Positions 46,945 through 64,000 of a DNA stretch of 64,000 bases are shown here, in pieces (the stretch's first letter is position 1; every line of letters begins with the position of its first letter). The notes under the pieces are model-generated. The model was not told the origin of the DNA. It did no database searches and was given only the letters and a program-made list of their open reading frames with translations. Location of the stretch: contig NIVC01000073.1 of NCBI GenBank assembly GCA_002269645.1, positions 868,001-932,000 on the forward strand, given 5' to 3'. The stretch is from Macrostomum lignano (lineage: Eukaryota). A program made the translations under genes and the position numbers.

Positions 46945-48200
46945 ACCGTATCATAGGGATCCGGGATTTGGGATCTACTATCATAGGGATCCGGGATTTG
47001 GGATCTCCACTCATAGGGATCCGGGATTTGGGATCTCCACTCATAGGGATCTAGGATTTGGGATCTACTATCATAGGGATCTGGGATTTGGGATTTCCTA
47101 TCATAGGGATCTGGGATATTCTATCATAGGGACCTAGGATTTGGGATTTCCTATCATAGGGACCTGGGATTTGGGATTTCCTATCATAGGGATCTAAGAT
47201 ATCCTATCATAGGATCTAGGATTTGGGATCTCCACTAATAGGGATCGAGGATTTGGGATCTACTATCATAGGGATCTGGGATTTGGGATTTCCTATCATA
47301 GGGATCTGGGATATTCTATCATAGGGATCTAGGATTTGGGATTTCCTATCATAGGGACCTGGGATTTGGGATTTCCTATCATAGGGATCTGGGATATCCT
47401 ATCATAGGATCTAGGATTTGGGATTTCCTATCATAGGGATCTGGGATTTGGGATCTACTATCATAGGGATCTGGAATTTGGGATTTCCTATCATAGGGAT
47501 CTGCGATATTCTATCATAGGGATCTAGGATTAGGGATTTCCTATCATAGGGACCTGGGATTTGGGATTTCCTATCATAGGGATCTGGGATATCCTATCAT
47601 AGGGATCCGGGATTTGGGATTTCCTATCATAGGGATCCGGGATTTGGGATCTCCTATCATAGGGATCCGGGATTTGGGATCTCCTATCATAGAGATCTGG
47701 GATTTGGGATCTCCTATCATAGGGATCCGGGATTTGGGATCTCCTATCATAGGGATCTGGGATATCCTATCATAGGAATCTAGGATTTGGGATTTCCTAT
47801 CATAGGGATCCGGGATTTGGGATCTCCTATCATAGGGATCCGGGATTTGGGATCTCCTATCATAGAGATCTGGGATTTGGGACTTCCTATCATAGGGATC
47901 CGGGATTTGAAATCTCCTATCAAAGGGATCCGGGATTTGGGATTTCCTATCATAGGGATCTAGGATTTGGGATCGCCTATCATAGGGATCTGGGATTTGG
48001 GATCTCCTATCATAGGGATCTGGGATTTGGGATCTCCTATCATAGGGATCTGGGATTTGGGATCGCCTATCATAGGGATCCGGGATTTGGGATCTCTTAT
48101 CATAGGGATCTGGGATCTCCTATCATAGGGATCTAGGATTTGGGATCGCCTATCATAGGGATCCGGGATTTGGGATCTCCTATCATAGGGATCCGGGATT
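46945..48200. repeat. 30-bp quasi-palindromic minisatellite (CATAGGGATCCGGGATTTGGGATCTCCTAT)n
   Basis: Period 30, with shorter variant units. Confidence 0.94.
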
Positions 48201-48273
48201 TAGGATCCTCTATAGTTTTCGGAAAGGCAAGTTTATCTACTGAACCTATTTACGCACACAATGCAGCAATATA

Positions 48274-50798
48274 TTAGCTAGGAGAAACTGACTGCAGCCT
48301 TGGCAACCTATCCAATATCTGGCAGAGCTCCCCGTGACTAAGGTAAACAATGGACTCGCGCAGCATAGGCGGCAGATTAGTTAAAGTTGCTACGCGTTTT
48401 TGAAAATGAACGCCGCCAATGCAACGGCGAACAGAATTCCTGGCTAGCAAGTAGAGCGGCAGTGGCTGCACAAACAGTTGGCCGACTTTGCTCACCCGAT
48501 CGTAGAACACTCTTCGCTGTCGGACGAACAGCGCCTTCTCGGCGTCGTTGTGAAATTTTCGACCGTGTAAAAATGAGGCCACGTGAGAGAAATCGTTTAA
48601 AAAATCGTCCATGGTGATGTTCATGTCCGTGAGGTGCTTCACCTGTGTACAAATAAGGGCAGTGTGTTAGTTGTTTAATGGCTTTATTTTATTTTTTATT
48701 TACTAACGCAATGTTTTTATGTCAATATTAAACCTGTATAGCTAAGGTCTTTGTTGTAGGATACTGGACCTGCATAACTAAGGTCTTTGTTGTGGGATAC
48801 TGGATCTGCATAACTAAGGTCTTTGATGTGGGATATTAAACCTGCATAACTGAGGTTTTTGTTATGGGACATTGGACCTACAAGTACATGTAAGCTACCA
48901 AAAAGTAGGTCTTTGTAGTGGATACTGAACCAAATGAAACATTCACCTGCGCGGGAGTTCCGCAAAATGTCAGAAACAGATTTAGAAAAGCGTCCTCATA
49001 GCCAATGACATCGCAGGCGGTCATAATGTCCACCAGCAGCCGTATTAGACAGAGCGAGAACTCCCGCTGTTCCGGGCGAATCTTTGGACAGCCAACGCAG
49101 GTGTCATGCAGATGAAGCCCATTGCGCAATAGCGGCTCAAGCATCTGTAGTCGAAGCTTGAAATGCGATTTCCAATCAACCTGGTGCTGCAATAGGCAAT
49201 TAACATTGTTGCCAATGCGAACTAGTTCGGCTAACTCGTACTCCATTCGGTCCAGCACGATCTTCCGCCCGAATACCATGCGGGCGCCGATGTCGAACCA
49301 GAATGCTAACAGAGGGAACCGGCAGTCCCTGCGTATTGGAGTGGCGAGTTAAAGACTGCGTTTACCGTCGCAAATTATTCGGTAATCTGACTTTCTAATC
49401 CTAGGCATGTACACTACACTCTCTGTGGCTTGGGGGTTGGCACTCGGGGCTGCGAATCGCACGACAATCCACCAGCCAATTTTCGTGAGCAAGTCCCGAA
49501 AAATGTGTATCCGGGATACGGGTGAATGGCCGGATCAGACAGGAGACCCGGGGGTGAATGGCCGGATCAGACAGGAGATCCGGGGGGGTGAATGGCCGGA
49601 TCAGACAGGAGACCCGGGGGTGAATGGCCGGATCAGACAGGAGACCCGGGGGTGAATGGCCGGATCAGACAGGAGAACCGTGTGAATGGCCGGATCAGAC
49701 AGGAGACCCGGGGGTGAATGGCCGGCTCAGACAGGAGACCCCGGGGGTGAATGGCCGGATCAGACAGGAGACCCGTGTGAATGGCCGGATCAGACAGGAG
49801 ACCCGGGGGTGAATGGCCGGCTCAGACAGGAGACCCGTGTGAATGGCCGGATCAGACATGAGACCCGGGGGTGAATGGCCGGCTCAGACAGGAGACCCGG
49901 GGGTGAATGGCCGGCTCAGACAGGAGACCCGTGTGAATGGCCGGATCAGACATGAGACCCGGGGGTGAATGGCCGGCTCAGACAGGAGACCCGGGGGTGA
50001 ATGGCCGGATCAGACAGGAGACCCGGAGGGGGGGAGAATGGCCAGATCAGACAGGAGACCCGGGCGTGAATGGCCGGATCAGACAGGAGACCCGGGGGTG
50101 AATGGCCGGATCAGACAGGAGACCCGGAGGGGGGGGGGGAGAATGGCCAGATCAGACAGGAGACCCGGGCGTGAATGGCCGGATCAGACAGGAGACCCGG
50201 GGGTGAATGGCCGGATCAGACAGGAGACCCGGGGGTGAATGGCCGGATCAGACAGGAGACCCGGGGGTGAATGGCCGGATCAGACAGGAGACCCGGGGGT
50301 GAATGGCCGGATCAGACAGGAGACCCGGGGGTGAATGGCCGGATCAGACAGGAGACCCAGGGTTGAATGGCGATCAGACAGAAGACCGGGGGGTGAATGG
50401 CCGGGTCAGACAGGAGACCCGTGTGAATGGCCGAACACACAAAAGACACACCTATGCAGAGCATAATCTTCAGCTTCGTCTAATCGCCTGTCAACTCGTT
50501 CCACGTGATGCGGATTAAGACCGGCCGCCACCAGCTGTCTCAAGACGTCAAAGCTGTTCACCTCCAGAGCGTAGGCCAGGGGACTAATACATCTAGGCTT
50601 GTACATTGGCGCCATTATTGATCGATTATTTTTAATAGGCGAATACCAGCCCCACATGATCTCTTCATTCTGGTCATTGTCTTTCAATACGCGTCTAACC
50701 AGTTGAGTTAGCTGGTTAATCTCTTTGCTATCAATCAGTTGCCTGATTTGCTTGGTGAGCTCCTCGACTTGCTGTTGTTGTTGTCCGGATTGGGCCTC
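48274..50798 (-). CDS. Ankyrin-like/SOCS-box protein (ASB-like); exons 50798-50452, 49328-48947, 48642-48274; possible ATG micro-exon 50911-50891
   Basis: Phase-consistent splicing (CAT AG|gtgtgt...cgcag|G GAC; CAG|gtgaat...acag|GTG). Ankyrin-like ISPLAYALEVNSFDVLRQLVAAGLNPH. C-terminal SOCS box PLPLYLLARNSVRRCIGG...VATLTNLPPMLRESI. Confidence 0.72.
48725..48925. repeat. Degenerate ~36-bp tandem repeat in an intron of the SOCS-box gene
   Basis: AAGGTCTTTGTTGTGGGATACTGGACCTGCATAACT-like units, about 5 copies. Confidence 0.75.
49520..50432. repeat. 32/33-bp minisatellite in an intron of the SOCS-box gene
   Basis: GTGAATGGCCGGATCAGACAGGAGACCCGGGG. Confidence 0.94.
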
Positions 50799-50937
50799 CT
50801 GAAATTGAAATATTAATTAGAAATATTAATTGGGCTAATGGCACACAATAGAAACTCTGGACCGGTATTAAATTAGTATTATTACATTACTGTTATTATA
50901 TTCTCGACCATAAATATTATCCATATGTAATCAAGTT

Positions 50938-51232
50938 TTGCAAGCTGGAATCTGTTACAAGCAGGAATCTGTTCCAAGCTGGAATCTGTTACAAGCTGGA
51001 ATCTGTAACAAGCTGGAATCTGTTACAAGCTGGAATCTGTTACAAGCAGGAATCTGTTACAAGCTGGAATCTGTTACAAGCTGGAATCTGTTACAAGCTG
51101 GAATCTGTAACAAGCTGGAATCTGTAACAAGCTGGAATCTGTTACGAGCTGGAATCTGTTACAAGCAGGAATCTGTTACAAGCTGGAATCTGTTACAAGC
51201 TGGAATCTGTAACAAGCTGGAATCTGTTACAA
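50938..51232. repeat. 17-bp minisatellite (ACAAGCTGGAATCTGTT)n
   Basis: Direct. Confidence 0.94.
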
Positions 51233-52454
51233 GTAGAAAATTTTACACACTGTCCAAAACTATATTTGAAGCAAAAACTTTGGCGCTGGCCTATGAAAAT
51301 TATAACCATCCTACTCCTACAGTTGTAATATAAAATAGACGAAATTAATGGGCAAAACGCAAAAGTCCAAACACGGGTAGTGCTGCTTCTTTTACTTCAA
51401 AATTTAATAAGTAGAAAGAAACGAATGTTCTCTCAGATCCAAACAGGTTAGCGATTTTATTTGGTGTCGTCATGCAACCACTTGACGAGCGTGTCTCAGT
51501 AGTGTCTATCGTAAAAATTACCCGTAAAAAATTGCCCAGCGAACCAATGCGTTATCTAGCTTTGTATACAAATAAGCAACGTTTATTTACAGAAAAAAAC
51601 CAAAAAGCAAACATTAAAAGACACTTATGAAGCAGGCAAAAGCACAAAGAAAAGCAAACAAGAAAAAGCAAACAACTACAGTTAGCAATATACAAGCAAG
51701 CAAGCACGCACTCAACAATTACCATTGATATAAGAAATTTGTCTCTCTAGCTGTCAGTTCTACTTTGGGCACTCCGTTTAAACGAAAATGAACCGATAAA
51801 ACAAAACAATTGTTTATATTTAAATTTGAAAAACAAACAATCCAACATGTTACGACCCAAGCGGACGTCTAAAATGAGAACTAGTAAAAAAGCAACACAT
51901 CATTCCTATACAGGAATTGGCACGAAATGTTAATGAATTTGTGGCATTATATTAAAAACCAACTCAAAGCATGCATTTTGGTTTGCGCAAACATTTCTAA
52001 AGATAGCAATTTTTGCACCACAGCCGAAAAAAATAACAAAATTAACAAAGTGCACACAAATTCGAAACATTTTTTATAACTGGGTCACGGGCCAGACGCC
52101 TCAACAACAAATATTGAGCCAAGTTTCGGAATGACAGACAGGACTAATTGTACAAATTTTCGTATTAGTTTAATAAACAAAATTTAATAAACAGAAACCG
52201 AAATAATTATAAATAAACATGGAACCGATTTTATACGCAAATAATGAAATGATTTCTATATGATTTCCTCCACTCTACAATCGTTAACACAAAAGAAAAA
52301 CACACATTTTACTTGAAGCAACAGAAAATATCGCATTAATTATATATGAATAAAAGGACCAATCTCTCCCCCCCCCCACAAACAACTGACTAGGTAAAAA
52401 ATATTTCATAGGCAAAATATGAGGATTTTATTAACAAAAGGTGTTCAGGATGCA

Positions 52455-52740
52455 GTAGCCCAGGGTGGCGCTCTCAGGTGCCAGCGGCCCAGGCTCGATT
52501 TCAAGTGCAGTCGCATCAATTTGAGGCTAAATTGGAATCTCGGCTTGGCTCTGCTCGTGCAATTAACGCCCAGCTTGAGGCCCAAACCCCCAAGGCACAG
52601 TGAAGTGTACATGCATAACGATAAATAAAGTTAGGGCCGCTGTACACTCCTGTGTGAGTGTGTGCCTGCGCGTATGACTGCGTACGTATCCGAGCGCTTG
52701 TGTGACAATGTCGCTTTAAAGTGCGCCAGGGTGCAGACAG
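52455..52740. repeat. Dispersed repeat, copy C (inverted relative to A and B)
   Basis: Reverse complement matches 27525-27785 over most of its length. Confidence 0.85.
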
Positions 52741-52881
52741 CCCTCCTGCCTACAAATAGAAAAGGTACCAAGGATACTGGGTAAAAGGCGAGAACTTAGC
52801 TGCCTCGTCAGCTAATTAGTTCACTCATCCTGAACTTATATTGAATGCCAGTAATTTATGTGCAAAACAACAACAAGACAA

Positions 52882-63827
<10,946 letters not shown>

Positions 63828-64000
63828 TTACAAAAATTACTAGCGAAATGAGAGAACAGACTCCATAAAATGTGTCTTAATATTTTACTGACCTTTCAAA
63901 GCTACCTACAGACTTACAGGTCAACACTACAGCCTTACAGACTAAAGCTAAAGCCTTACAGATCAAAGCTACAGACACTTACAGATCAAAGCTACACACA

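Overview
Eukaryotic (animal) genomic DNA. GT-AG introns and intergenic spacers are heavily inflated by many unrelated minisatellites; the style resembles a repeat-rich invertebrate such as a macrostomid flatworm (inference only). Left to right: 3' part of an uninterrupted RTE-like non-LTR retrotransposon ORF; a small non-coding LTR element (TRIM-like) with a tRNA-Gln primer site and polypurine tract; a 3-exon TMEM26 gene (+); then six genes all on the minus strand: C-type lectin 1, a truncated Vav-like RhoGEF, C-type lectin 2, PFAS/FGAM synthase (8 firm exons), an ankyrin-like/SOCS-box protein, and the kinase-RNase half of IRE1 (runs off the right edge). Also present: two tRNA-derived SINE copies, a hAT-type MITE with an 8-bp TSD, two other dispersed repeats and about 30 tandem arrays. 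Most interesting observations: (i) three aligned TA->TACATGTA insertions that look like Tc1/mariner excision footprints; (ii) intron-private minisatellites that begin at, and include, splice-site or stop-codon sequence; (iii) the Gln-primed TRIM; (iv) a Vav lacking SH3 and acidic modules; (v) a predicted ~270-aa C-terminal tail on IRE1. All exon models were assembled by eye from translation and splice signals, not from transcript data.
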